Below, one piece after another: positions 1 to 8,165 of a stretch of 42,305 bases of DNA. A program made the position numbers and the translations under genes. How positions within the stretch are numbered: position 1 is the stretch's first letter; every line of letters begins with the position of its first letter. The notes beneath the pieces are model-generated. The model did no database searches, was not told where the DNA came from, and was given only the letters and a program-made list of their open reading frames with translations. The stretch is from Minisyncoccota bacterium (GTDB taxonomy: Bacteria > Patescibacteriota > Minisyncoccia > UBA6257 > UBA9933), in NCBI GenBank assembly GCA_041653755.1, contig JBAZEU010000004.1, positions 1-42,305 of the forward strand, in the 5' to 3' direction.

Positions 1-122
1 TTTTTGAGGAATTCTACTGGATTGAGAACTGTTAAGACGACGACGGCTAGAACTGCTACGATACCTATCACGATTAGAAGTTCTATGAGGGTGAAACCTT
101 TATGTGGTTTAGAAAGATTCAT
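1..122 (-). CDS. Type IV pilin / pseudopilin, N-terminal fragment (5' end only; gene runs off window)
   Basis: Reverse-strand ATG at 120-122 reads MNLSKPHKGFTLIELLIVIGIVAVLAVVVL..., the prepilin cleavage/methylation motif (G|FTLIEL) plus hydrophobic helix. Not in the ORF track because it is truncated. Confidence 0.7.
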   Translation of the reverse strand, partial: MNLSKPHKGFTLIELLIVIGIVAVLAVVVLTVLNPVEFLK

Positions 123-191
123 TTGATCTAAGTTTAGAATATCTGGAGATAAACGCAAGAAAGATAAATAAGCTCCCCAATACATCAAGCA

Positions 192-220
192 TTGAAAAAA
201 ATAGTGAAAACACTTAAACT
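192..220 (+). promoter_or_regulatory. Candidate sigma70-type promoter of yebC (TTGAAA-17 nt-TAAACT)
   Basis: TTGAAA at 192-197, 17-nt spacer, TAAACT at 215-220. The -10 ends 11 nt before the ATG at 232 and there is no SD. Confidence 0.3.
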
Positions 221-231
221 AAACGCTAATC

Positions 232-750
232 ATGTCTGGACACTCTCATTGGTCAGGAATAAAACGCAAAAAAGAAATTTCAGATAAAAAACGCGGTCAG
301 TCATTTTCTAAACTATTAAATGCAATCGCGATTGCCGCCAGAGTTGAACCTAACCCTGAATTTAATCCTCGCCTAAGAACAGCTGTTGATAAAGCCAAAG
401 AAAATCAGGTACCGCAAGAAAGTATTGAACGATCGATAAAAAAAGCTAAAGAGGGTAATCTCGAAGAATTACTAATCGAAGCATATGGATCGGGTGGCTG
501 CGCAATTTTAATTGAAGCGATCTCTAATAGTAGGAATCGAACAATGGGCGACTTAAAGAATATCTTTGCTGAAAATTCAGCGAAGATAGCAAATCCCGGC
601 AGCGTACTCTGGGCTTTTGAAAAAACATCCGAAGGCTGGCAAACAAAGTTTCCTCAGCCAATACAAGAAACTGATTTAGAAAAAGTTAAAAAACTTATTG
701 AGGAACTAGAAAATCACGACGACGTCCAAAACGTCTACGCTAATATTTAA
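232..750 (+). CDS. yebC: YebC/PmpR-family transcriptional regulator, shortened form (172 aa)
   Basis: N-terminus MSGHSHWSGIKRKKEISDKKRG...NPRLRTAVDKAKENQVP and C-terminal HDDVQNVYANI match the YebC family signature. Confidence 0.85.
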   Translation: MSGHSHWSGIKRKKEISDKKRGQSFSKLLNAIAIAARVEPNPEFNPRLRTAVDKAKENQVPQESIERSIKKAKEGNLEELLIEAYGSGGCAILIEAISNSRNRTMGDLKNIFAENSAKIANPGSVLWAFEKTSEGWQTKFPQPIQETDLEKVKKLIEELENHDDVQNVYANI

Positions 751-762
751 AAATTTAACGCA

Positions 763-1308
763 ATGTTAATTTTAGGAATTGATCCGGGGACAACACGCAT
801 CGGCTATAGCTTGATTAAAAAAACTCCAAAGGACTTAGAACTAATTGAATGTGGAGTTTATACAACCAAAGCTACCGATATGCAGGGCCGTCTTTCTTCT
901 TTGGCTAAAAATCTTAGAAAGACTCTCAAAAATTTTTCTCCTGACTTGATAGCGATGGAAAGAATTTTTTTCTTTAAAAATAAAAAAACCGCTTTTGAAA
1001 TAGCCCAAGCAGTAGGAGTGATGACATTGCTATCAGCTCAATTCAAAATAACTCAAGTTCAATACACCCCGTTAGAAATTAAACAAACCATAACTGGTTA
1101 TGGTTTATCAGAGAAAGAAGAGGTGGCCGCAGAAGTTTTCAAAATCTTACGAATTAAAAAATTGGAAGGATATGATGATATGACCGACGCCATAGCAATT
1201 ACCCTCACGGCAATTTGCCGATTTTATTATAAAAATAAAAGCTTCTACGAAGAGTTAAACAGTAAAAGCAATAAAAAAATTAAAAAAGGTCGTCTAAACA
1301 AAAAATAA
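763..1308 (+). CDS. ruvC: Crossover junction endodeoxyribonuclease RuvC
   Basis: MLILGIDPGTTRIGY (first catalytic Asp), IAMERIFFFKN (Glu), DDMTDAIAI (C-terminal Asp). Typical position after yebC. Lys-rich tail. Confidence 0.85.
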   Translation: MLILGIDPGTTRIGYSLIKKTPKDLELIECGVYTTKATDMQGRLSSLAKNLRKTLKNFSPDLIAMERIFFFKNKKTAFEIAQAVGVMTLLSAQFKITQVQYTPLEIKQTITGYGLSEKEEVAAEVFKILRIKKLEGYDDMTDAIAITLTAICRFYYKNKSFYEELNSKSNKKIKKGRLNKK

Positions 1309-1311
1309 TTT

Positions 1312-1473
1312 ATGGCTACCATCGACACATATTCTGATGACGGCACCATTCTCCCGGAAGAAGACGAGCCGCAAAAACAATGGCCGCCAGAGATAGAAGA
1401 ATCTCTCGAGGATAATCCGAAAGAGAATCCCAAAGAAGAGGGCCTCGACAGCGAATTAGAACGAGGATGGTAA
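1312..1473 (+). CDS. Small acidic hypothetical protein (53 aa)
   Basis: ATG 3 nt after the ruvC stop. Reads MATIDTYSDDGTILPEEDEPQKQWPPEIEESLEDNPKENPKEEGLDSELERGW, ends TAA at 1471-1473, followed by a GC hairpin. Below the ORF-track length cutoff; no homology recognised. Confidence 0.3.
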   Translation: MATIDTYSDDGTILPEEDEPQKQWPPEIEESLEDNPKENPKEEGLDSELERGW

Positions 1474-1478
1474 TCGTT

Positions 1479-1506
1479 CCCCCGCCCCTTTTAATAAGGG
1501 GCGGGG
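1479..1506 (+). terminator. All-GC stem-loop (CCCCCGCCCC-TTTTAATAA-GGGGCGGGG), possible terminator or RNA stability element
   Basis: 9-10 bp pure G/C stem in an AT-rich spacer between the ruvC unit and the PBP gene. No U-tract follows. Confidence 0.4.
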
Positions 1507-1518
1507 AGTATATTAAAA

Positions 1519-3588
1519 ATGACTAAAACTAAAACAAAAAAGAATAAAGCTTTCTTATTTCTAAAAATTTTTGGGACCTTAGTATTTTTAGGTCTTATTA
1601 TTCTGGCTGTTGGTCTTTTTACTGTTGCTAAAATCGCCAAAGACCTCCCAAACCCAGAATTAATGACAAATCGTATACCTAGCCAATCCACTAAAATTTT
1701 TGACAGGACTGGCCAAATTCTTCTTTACGAAATTCACGGAGACGAAAAAAGAACAATGATACCTTTTGATCAAATCCCAGATTATTTAAAAGCGGCCACT
1801 ATTGCCATTGAAGACAAAAACTTCTATACCAACCCTGCTTTTGATTGGAGAGGAATATTGAGGGCTTTCTTTATAAATATAACAAGAGGAGGAATTTATC
1901 AGGGTGGATCAACTATCACTCAACAAGTCGCGAAAACGGCATTTTTGACGCCCGAAAGAACTTACACCCGAAAAATCAAAGAATTAATCCTTTCATATTG
2001 GTTGGAAAAAAATTATTCAAAAGATCAAATTTTAAATCTCTATCTTAACCTTGTTCCTTACGGATCCAATGCTTATGGCGTTGAAGCGGCTTCTCAAGCC
2101 TATTTTTCAAAATCTGCAAAAGACTTAACCTTGGCGGAATCAGCATACTTAGCAGCGCTAACAAAAGCGCCATCATATTATTCTCCGTGGGGGGTTCATC
2201 AAGATGAACTAGAAAAGAGAAAAAACGATGTATTGAAACGAATGTACGAACTTGGATCTATTGATCAAGAAGAAGAAGACAGGGCGATCGCAACTAAAGT
2301 TACTTTTCAGCCGCAATCGCTTGGGTCCATCAAGGCGCCACATTTTTCGATAATGATTAAAAGTTATTTGGCGGAAAAATACGGAGAAGATATGGTAACT
2401 AACGGCGGGCTCAAAGTAATTTCTACCCTCGACTGGGATATTCAACAAATTGCCGAACAGACCGTTTTGGACGGAGCAAATAGAAACACCGAACTTTATC
2501 AAGGGAAAAACGCAAGTTTAGTCGCTCAAGACACCAATACCGGCCAAATCTTGGCATTGGTTGGTTCAAAAGATTATTTTGACACTTCAATTGACGGGAA
2601 CTTTAATGTCGCTACTCAAGGGCTTCGCCAGCCAGGGTCAGCATTGAAACCTTTTGTCTATCTAACTGCTTTTGAAAAAGGATATGCTCCACAATCATTA
2701 GTTTTTGACGTTCCAACAAATTTTGACACCACTGGTAAAAATCCTTATCAACCGCAAAACTACGATCATTTATTCAGAGGGCCGATATCTCTCCGCGAAT
2801 CCCTCGCTCAATCATTAAACGTTCCTTCCGTAAAAACTCTCTATCTGGCAGGATTAAAAGATAGTTTAAAAACTTTATCCGATTTTGGCGTTACTACGCT
2901 AAACGATCCTTCGCGCTTCGGTCTTTCTTTAGTATTGGGAGGAGGAGAAGTAAGATTGGCTGAGTTAGTCAACGCTTATGGAACGCTTTCTCAGGAAGGA
3001 GTTCGTCATAATCAAAGCTTTATTTTAGAAGTTGATGACAGCAAGGGAAAAATATTAGAAAAAAACGAGGATGTGGCGACACAAGTTACTGACCAACAAT
3101 ATGCGAGATTAATTTCAAGTATTCTTTCGGACCCGGAAGCCAGACGACCGCTTTTCCAAAGCAGCTTTGATTTAACCGTTTTCCCTGACAGACAGGTAGC
3201 GTTAAAGACTGGTACCACAGAAGATTATAGAGACGCATGGGCTTTCGGTTATACGCCTTCTTTCGCGGTCGGCGTTTGGGCCGGGAACAACAATAATAAA
3301 CCGATGCAAAAACAAGGAGGAAGTATCTTGGCGGCTGTCCCTATTTGGCACGATTTTCTGTCACAGATTTTTGAAAAATATCCCGACAAAATTCCAGTTG
3401 AAACATTTAACAACCCTGATCCAGTCGAAGAAACAAAACCAATGATTAACGGCCAAGCTGCTAATCATTCAATTCTTTATTTTGTCGACAAAAACAATCC
3501 TTTAGGATCAGCTCCTGAACATCCGGAAAACGATCCCCAATTTAATAATTGGGAGAGATCAGTCCAATCCTGGCTCAGCAACCATTAA
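1519..3588 (+). CDS. Class A penicillin-binding protein (glycosyltransferase GT51 + transpeptidase), PBP1A-like
   Basis: N-terminal TM anchor. GT51 motifs EDKNFYTNPAFDWRG and GGSTITQQVAK. Transpeptidase SxxK (PGSALKP) and KTGT (ALKTGTT). Confidence 0.9.
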   Translation: MTKTKTKKNKAFLFLKIFGTLVFLGLIILAVGLFTVAKIAKDLPNPELMTNRIPSQSTKIFDRTGQILLYEIHGDEKRTMIPFDQIPDYLKAATIAIEDKNFYTNPAFDWRGILRAFFINITRGGIYQGGSTITQQVAKTAFLTPERTYTRKIKELILSYWLEKNYSKDQILNLYLNLVPYGSNAYGVEAASQAYFSKSAKDLTLAESAYLAALTKAPSYYSPWGVHQDELEKRKNDVLKRMYELGSIDQEEEDRAIATKVTFQPQSLGSIKAPHFSIMIKSYLAEKYGEDMVTNGGLKVISTLDWDIQQIAEQTVLDGANRNTELYQGKNASLVAQDTNTGQILALVGSKDYFDTSIDGNFNVATQGLRQPGSALKPFVYLTAFEKGYAPQSLVFDVPTNFDTTGKNPYQPQNYDHLFRGPISLRESLAQSLNVPSVKTLYLAGLKDSLKTLSDFGVTTLNDPSRFGLSLVLGGGEVRLAELVNAYGTLSQEGVRHNQSFILEVDDSKGKILEKNEDVATQVTDQQYARLISSILSDPEARRPLFQSSFDLTVFPDRQVALKTGTTEDYRDAWAFGYTPSFAVGVWAGNNNNKPMQKQGGSILAAVPIWHDFLSQIFEKYPDKIPVETFNNPDPVEETKPMINGQAANHSILYFVDKNNPLGSAPEHPENDPQFNNWERSVQSWLSNH

Positions 3589-4700
3589 GAAGTTTTAATA
3601 GGCATTACGATATAGAAATAGGAACTGTCATCTGGGGACTTGATAACCGCCGGTTTGTTTTCACTATTAAGACCCAGAAATAAATCCTCTCCTTTAATAT
3701 TCTTCAAACCACCCAAAAGGAAGCGCCAATTAAAAGCCGCTTTGTTTTTTTCTCCTTTAATCTTGACCGGGATAAGATATTCGTTTTCTCCGAGGGCCGA
3801 GCTTGACGAAGAAATTTTAATAGATTTTTGATTATCTAAAACAGAGATTTTAATTTCATTGATGCGGTCCGTAAAAATACTGGCGAGCTTAACCGCGTTT
3901 ATAAGTTTATCTTTTTTAATAATTATTTCGGTGTCAATTTCTTTCGGAATGATAGGCTGGTAATCAGGAAATTCTCCGTCTATTAACCGTGAAATTATTT
4001 CTGAATCGTCAATTTTAAAAAGTATTTGATTTGGGTCAAAATAAATAATTGCTTTCTCGGTATTATCCTTAAGTAATCTTATTACCTCTTGAATAGTTTT
4101 AATTGGGACGATAGCCTTAAATCCTTGGGCGATGGTTGATTTAAATTGGCTATTAGGAATTGTTTTTTCTGATAATCTAAAACTATCAGTAGCGGCAACT
4201 TTCAGAAAATTAACCTGATAATCAAAAAGGATTCCGTTTAATTCCGGCCTAGAGCCGGAAACCTGCGCTGACTCTTCGACTAACCCAAGAGCTTCTTTTA
4301 AGACGTTAGATGCGATCTCGACAGAGTTTTGATTGTTGGATATTTTTGGAATCAAAGGGAACTCTTCTTTTTTTATTCCTTGAATTTTCGCTTGATAATC
4401 AGATGTTTTAATAATTAAATTATTGTTTTCTGATTCTAAATTAATTCTTTCTTCCTGAATGTTATTGATAATATTCAGGAATGTATAAACAGGAATTGTT
4501 AAACTCCCACCTTCAATAACCTTCCCTGAAACGAAACCGGTGATTGCTATTTCTAGGTTGGTCGTCAAAAAAAGAATTTTATTTTCAACCGTTTCAATAA
4601 GACAGTTTTTTAAAATAGGCAAAGTTGAATTATCGCTGGCGATTTTTTCAATTTTTTCCAAACCTTCTTTTAAATTTGTTTTTAAGATTATTAGTTTCAT
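3585..4700 (-). CDS. dnaN: DNA polymerase III beta sliding clamp
   Basis: 371 aa directly downstream of dnaA. MKLIILKTNLKEGLEKIEKIASDNSTLPILKNCLI is a typical DnaN N-terminus. Confidence 0.9.
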   Translation of the reverse strand: MKLIILKTNLKEGLEKIEKIASDNSTLPILKNCLIETVENKILFLTTNLEIAITGFVSGKVIEGGSLTIPVYTFLNIINNIQEERINLESENNNLIIKTSDYQAKIQGIKKEEFPLIPKISNNQNSVEIASNVLKEALGLVEESAQVSGSRPELNGILFDYQVNFLKVAATDSFRLSEKTIPNSQFKSTIAQGFKAIVPIKTIQEVIRLLKDNTEKAIIYFDPNQILFKIDDSEIISRLIDGEFPDYQPIIPKEIDTEIIIKKDKLINAVKLASIFTDRINEIKISVLDNQKSIKISSSSSALGENEYLIPVKIKGEKNKAAFNWRFLLGGLKNIKGEDLFLGLNSENKPAVIKSPDDSSYFYIVMPIKTS

Positions 4701-4902
4701 GTTTATATATTAATGGTCGACTTTACTATTATAGTTATTAGTTAATTAAATTAGTAGTTGTATTAGTAAGGGCTGTGAATATGTTGATAATTCTTTTCTA
4801 GGGTTGTTTTAGTTTATGTTTTTAGATTTTTCTTTTTTGCTAACCCATGGATAACTATCGGAAAACTCTTTAATAAATAGTTGATGAATTTATTCATATA
4901 AA
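4701..4902. other. AT-rich dnaA-dnaN spacer; candidate oriC segment / unwinding element
   Basis: 202-bp non-coding AT-rich spacer in the position of Bacillus-type oriC. Only degenerate DnaA-box-like 9-mers: TGTTGATAA 4782-4790 (1 mismatch to TGTGGATAA), TGTGAATAT 4774-4782, CATGGATAA 4846-4854. Confidence 0.4.
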
Positions 4903-6270
4903 TCAGCCATTTTTATATATTAATTCCTTAATTGACGTTATTTTTTGATTTAAGTTTTGTTTCTTTGTGATTTCAAGCGATATTTTCTCGTAAGCATAGA
5001 TGGCGGTAGTGTGATCTCTCTTCCCCAGTTTTTCCCCAATATTTGGGAAGGACATATCCAGGATATCCCTCATCAAAAACATAGTGATTTGTCTTGGTTC
5101 GACCACGTCTTTCTTGCGTGAGCGATTGCTAAGGTCGGCAGGAGACATTTCGTAAAAGTCCGCCACCGCCTTAATAACCTTTGTGGGGCTGATATTTCTG
5201 GTTTTTTCCTGAAGGGTATTGTCGATGATCTCTTCTACGATTTTCGGCAATAAATCAACGCCTTTCACATCCTGGTAGAAGATTATTTTATTCAAAATCC
5301 CCTCTAATTCTCTGATGTTTCTTTGAATTTTAGTTGCGATTAGAGAACAAATTTCGTCCGGCAGGTAGCTCTTTCTTTCTTGAAGCTTGTTTTTAATAAT
5401 CGCCAGACGCATTTCGTACTCAGGATAGGTAATATCAGCGATCATCCCACCTTCGAATCTGGAACGCAGCCTTTCTTCGAGCACCGGCAGAGCGGACGGC
5501 GGTCTGTCGGAAGAAAAGATGATTTGTTTATTGTTTTCATATAAAGCGTTGAAGGTATGGAAAAGTTCTTCCTCGCTTTGTTTTTTACCGCCGATAAATT
5601 GGATATCGTCGATAATTAAAACGTCGGTATTGCGGTATTTTATTTTTGTTTCTTCTGTTCTTTTAGTGCGGATAGCCCAAATTAAATCATTAACGAATTT
5701 TTCTGAACTAACGTATTTTATTTTAACTTTGCCCTTATAAGCGCTTCTGATTTCGTTTCCAATAGCCTGAATTAAATGAGTTTTTCCCAAACCAGTGCCG
5801 CCATAAATAAAAAGCGGATTATATTTTTGACCAATTGATTTTATAATCGCTTGGCTTGCGGCGTAAGCTAATTCGTTTGACGGTCCGACTACAAAAGAGT
5901 TGAAAGTATATTTTGGATGGAGATTAGTCTCTGGGTCGATTTTAAATTCTTCGAAGCCGTCTGCTGCCGCTGGCTCGGCAGATTTTTTAGTTTGTTTGAT
6001 CGGCGCGGTATCTGGTTTCCCGATCACGGTATATTCGATTTTTTTAATTGAATTATCTAAAGAAAAAAGAATACCTAAAAGAAGTTTGTTGTATTTGTTT
6101 TCAACCCATTCTTTGGCAAAGTTGGAAAACAAGCCAACAAGTATTTGACCGTCAGGTTTTTTTTCAATTAATTGGCTATTTTTAAACCAAGTAAGAAAAT
6201 TGGGCCGGGATATCTGAAGTTCAAGTTCAGCCAGAGTAGTTTGCCAAAGTTTTTCAAGTCCAGTCGCCAT
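4903..6270 (-). CDS. dnaA: Chromosomal replication initiator DnaA
   Basis: Walker A GGTGLGKTHL, Walker B LIIDDIQF, C-terminal DNA-binding region ...DHTTAIYAYEKI. Confidence 0.95.
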   Translation of the reverse strand: MATGLEKLWQTTLAELELQISRPNFLTWFKNSQLIEKKPDGQILVGLFSNFAKEWVENKYNKLLLGILFSLDNSIKKIEYTVIGKPDTAPIKQTKKSAEPAAADGFEEFKIDPETNLHPKYTFNSFVVGPSNELAYAASQAIIKSIGQKYNPLFIYGGTGLGKTHLIQAIGNEIRSAYKGKVKIKYVSSEKFVNDLIWAIRTKRTEETKIKYRNTDVLIIDDIQFIGGKKQSEEELFHTFNALYENNKQIIFSSDRPPSALPVLEERLRSRFEGGMIADITYPEYEMRLAIIKNKLQERKSYLPDEICSLIATKIQRNIRELEGILNKIIFYQDVKGVDLLPKIVEEIIDNTLQEKTRNISPTKVIKAVADFYEMSPADLSNRSRKKDVVEPRQITMFLMRDILDMSFPNIGEKLGKRDHTTAIYAYEKISLEITKKQNLNQKITSIKELIYKNG

Positions 6271-6301
6271 AAAAATTAAAAAAATATATTATGTTGGTTT
6301 A

Positions 6302-6329
6302 ATTCTATTCAAAGCTTCAACTAAGTCAA
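6302..6329 (-). promoter_or_regulatory. Candidate dnaA promoter (TTGACT-16 nt-TAGAAT on minus strand)
   Basis: Reverse complement reads TTGACT (6329-6324), 16-nt spacer, TAGAAT (6307-6302). About 31 nt upstream of the dnaA ATG; no SD in the leader. Confidence 0.45.
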
Positions 6330-6382
6330 ACCCTGTTTTTTCTAAAAGTGTTGATTAACTGGGGAAAACTTTTCTTAACCGC

Positions 6383-6411
6383 TTGTTTTCTTGTTAAATC
6401 TCTGGTATATT
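6383..6411 (+). promoter_or_regulatory. Candidate rpmH promoter (TTGTTT-17 nt-TATATT)
   Basis: -35 at 6383-6388 and -10 at 6406-6411. The -10 ends 8 nt before the ATG at 6420, implying a leaderless or near-leaderless mRNA. Confidence 0.4.
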
Positions 6412-6419
6412 ATTCAATA

Positions 6420-6554
6420 ATGTCGTTAACATATCAACCTAAAAAGCGAAAAAGAGCAAGAACACACGGTTTTTTGAAGCGTTCTAGGACTCCTGGAGGG
6501 AGAAGAGTTTTGCAGAGCCGAAGACAAAAGGGCAGAAAAAAACTTTCTGTTTAA
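6420..6554 (+). CDS. rpmH: 50S ribosomal protein L34
   Basis: [44 protein letters not shown] matches L34. The track ORF from 6348 is an upstream hydrophobic extension lying over the predicted promoter. Confidence 0.9.
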   Translation: MSLTYQPKKRKRARTHGFLKRSRTPGGRRVLQSRRQKGRKKLSV

Positions 6555-6592
6555 TTTTTTATAGCGAATAGAATATTCGATATATCAGGCAT

Positions 6593-6949
6593 ATGTTGGC
6601 TAAAAAATTTAAGTTGCCGATTCAAGAAGGCCTTAAAAAAAATCAAAAGGCTTTTAGTTTTTTAAAGGGAAAATATTTTAATTTTAAAATTTCGAAAAAT
6701 GATTTGAATTATTCCCGTTTTGGCGTTATCGTCAGCAGTAAGATTTTTAAAAAAGCATTCGCAAGAAATAAACTAAGAAGAATTATTTTTGAAAAGATAA
6801 GGAGTAAAAATTATTATTTAAACCCCGGGAACGATATACTAATAATAACGTTACCGGAAGCTTCAAAAAATTTCTTAATAGGAGCAGTTGGTATAGAAAA
6901 AATTATTAAAGATTTAGAAAGCAGTTTTAATTTTATACATAACCAATGA
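6593..6949 (+). CDS. rnpA: RNase P protein component
   Basis: Position after rpmH, basic 118-aa protein, RNR-like motif ARNKLRRIIFE. Confidence 0.85.
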   Translation: MLAKKFKLPIQEGLKKNQKAFSFLKGKYFNFKISKNDLNYSRFGVIVSSKIFKKAFARNKLRRIIFEKIRSKNYYLNPGNDILIITLPEASKNFLIGAVGIEKIIKDLESSFNFIHNQ

Positions 6950-7614
6950 AAAATCTTTTTAACATAATTCTCTTCAATCCGCTTTTAAATGCTCTGCTGT
7001 TTTTCTACCAGCATTTTCATGATTTAGGGTTAGCGATTATTCTTTTAACTATTATCGTCCGGCTGATCCTTCTTCCGTTTTTCTATAAGGGCGCCAAAGA
7101 TCAGACGATTATGCAGCGGCTTGCGCCAAAAATAAAAGAGATTCAAAAAACCCATAAAGATAATTTGAACAACCAGACGCAAGAATTGATGAAGCTCTAT
7201 AAAGAACATCGGGTTAATCCTTTGTCGAGTATGCTTTTGTTGATTATCCAATTACCGATTCTTATCGCCCTTTATCAAGTTCTTTTGCATGGCGTTCAGA
7301 AAATAGCCGTTAATCCTTTGTTTTTGAATTGGATTAACCTGACAAAACCGAGTATATTTATTATAGTGATAACGGCGATAGCGTCGTTTTATCAGGGGAT
7401 AATTTCTCTGCCTAAAATCGCGAAAGACAAGGTTTTAAGCCCCACAGACAAGATGAGCAGGAATATGATCTTAATGTCGCCGATGTTCACAGTTGTGATT
7501 CTTTTGTTCTTGCCCTCGGCTCTCGGTTTATATATTCTAGTTAGCGCTGTGTTCTCGATAGTTCAGCAGTTATTCATTAATAAAACATTAAAAGATAAAA
7601 ATCTTCCTGCATAA
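6946..7614 (+). CDS. yidC: Membrane protein insertase YidC/Oxa1 family (short form)
   Basis: ATGA overlap with rnpA. Multi-TM 222-aa protein with the YidC-type loop KEIQKTHKDN...ELMKLYKEHRVNP. Conserved rnpA-yidC-jag synteny. Confidence 0.85.
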   Translation: MKNLFNIILFNPLLNALLFFYQHFHDLGLAIILLTIIVRLILLPFFYKGAKDQTIMQRLAPKIKEIQKTHKDNLNNQTQELMKLYKEHRVNPLSSMLLLIIQLPILIALYQVLLHGVQKIAVNPLFLNWINLTKPSIFIIVITAIASFYQGIISLPKIAKDKVLSPTDKMSRNMILMSPMFTVVILLFLPSALGLYILVSAVFSIVQQLFINKTLKDKNLPA

Positions 7615-7696
7615 GCAAGAAGATTTGTATATAAAATGAATTTTTTATAGAATTTTTTAATTAAATTATATATAAAATTTATAAAATAAATTTTTT

Positions 7697-8125
7697 ATGG
7701 ATTGGTTACAGGAGATTCTAACAAAATTAATTAAGTTGATGGGTTTTGAAGATTTTTCAATAAACTACGATCCCGATCGAAGCCGTTTTATGATTTTCAT
7801 TAATAATCTGGATTCTGAAGAATTAACTTGGCGTTTAATTAATGATTTAAATCATTTAGCGAAAACATTAACAAAGAAGCAAAATCAACAGTCGGTGTTT
7901 ATCGACATCAATAATTATCGGGAAAAAAGAGAAGGATTGATTATCGAACTGGCACGAGCCACCGCCAGAAAGGTGGTAGCGACTAAAACAGAATTAACTT
8001 TGCCTTTTATGAATGCCTACGAAAGGAGATTGATCCATCTAGAGTTGTCCTCTAGGCCAGACGTTAAAACAGAAAGTATTGGCGAGGGCAAAGAAAGGAA
8101 ACTCATTATTAAGCCGATAGATTAA
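7697..8125 (+). CDS. khpB: Jag/KhpB-like R3H RNA-binding protein
   Basis: C-terminal R3H motif MNAYERRLIHLEL. Follows yidC as in most bacteria. Confidence 0.75.
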   Translation: MDWLQEILTKLIKLMGFEDFSINYDPDRSRFMIFINNLDSEELTWRLINDLNHLAKTLTKKQNQQSVFIDINNYREKREGLIIELARATARKVVATKTELTLPFMNAYERRLIHLELSSRPDVKTESIGEGKERKLIIKPID

Positions 8126-8154
8126 AAAACGCTTTCTTGAAGAAAGCGTTTTTT
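8124..8154. terminator. Bidirectional intrinsic terminator
   Basis: Perfect palindrome AAAAAACGCTTTCTT-G-AAGAAAGCGTTTTTT between convergent genes, with A-run and T-run flanks. Confidence 0.7.
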
Positions 8155-8165
8155 AATTACGATCC

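Noticed and set aside
1245-1691. Minus-strand ORFs 1245-1433 and 1491-1691
   Set aside because: They are antisense to the ruvC tail, the small acidic ORF and the PBP gene start. The composition is low-complexity with no supporting signals.
4701-4902. Perfect DnaA boxes (TTATCCACA/TGTGGATAA) in the dnaA-dnaN spacer
   Set aside because: None is present, only 1-2 mismatch variants. The origin call therefore rests on synteny rather than box evidence.
6348-6419. Upstream 24-codon extension of rpmH in the ORF track
   Set aside because: The L34 family begins at MSLTYQPKK (6420). The extension is hydrophobic and overlies the predicted promoter (-10 at 6406-6411).
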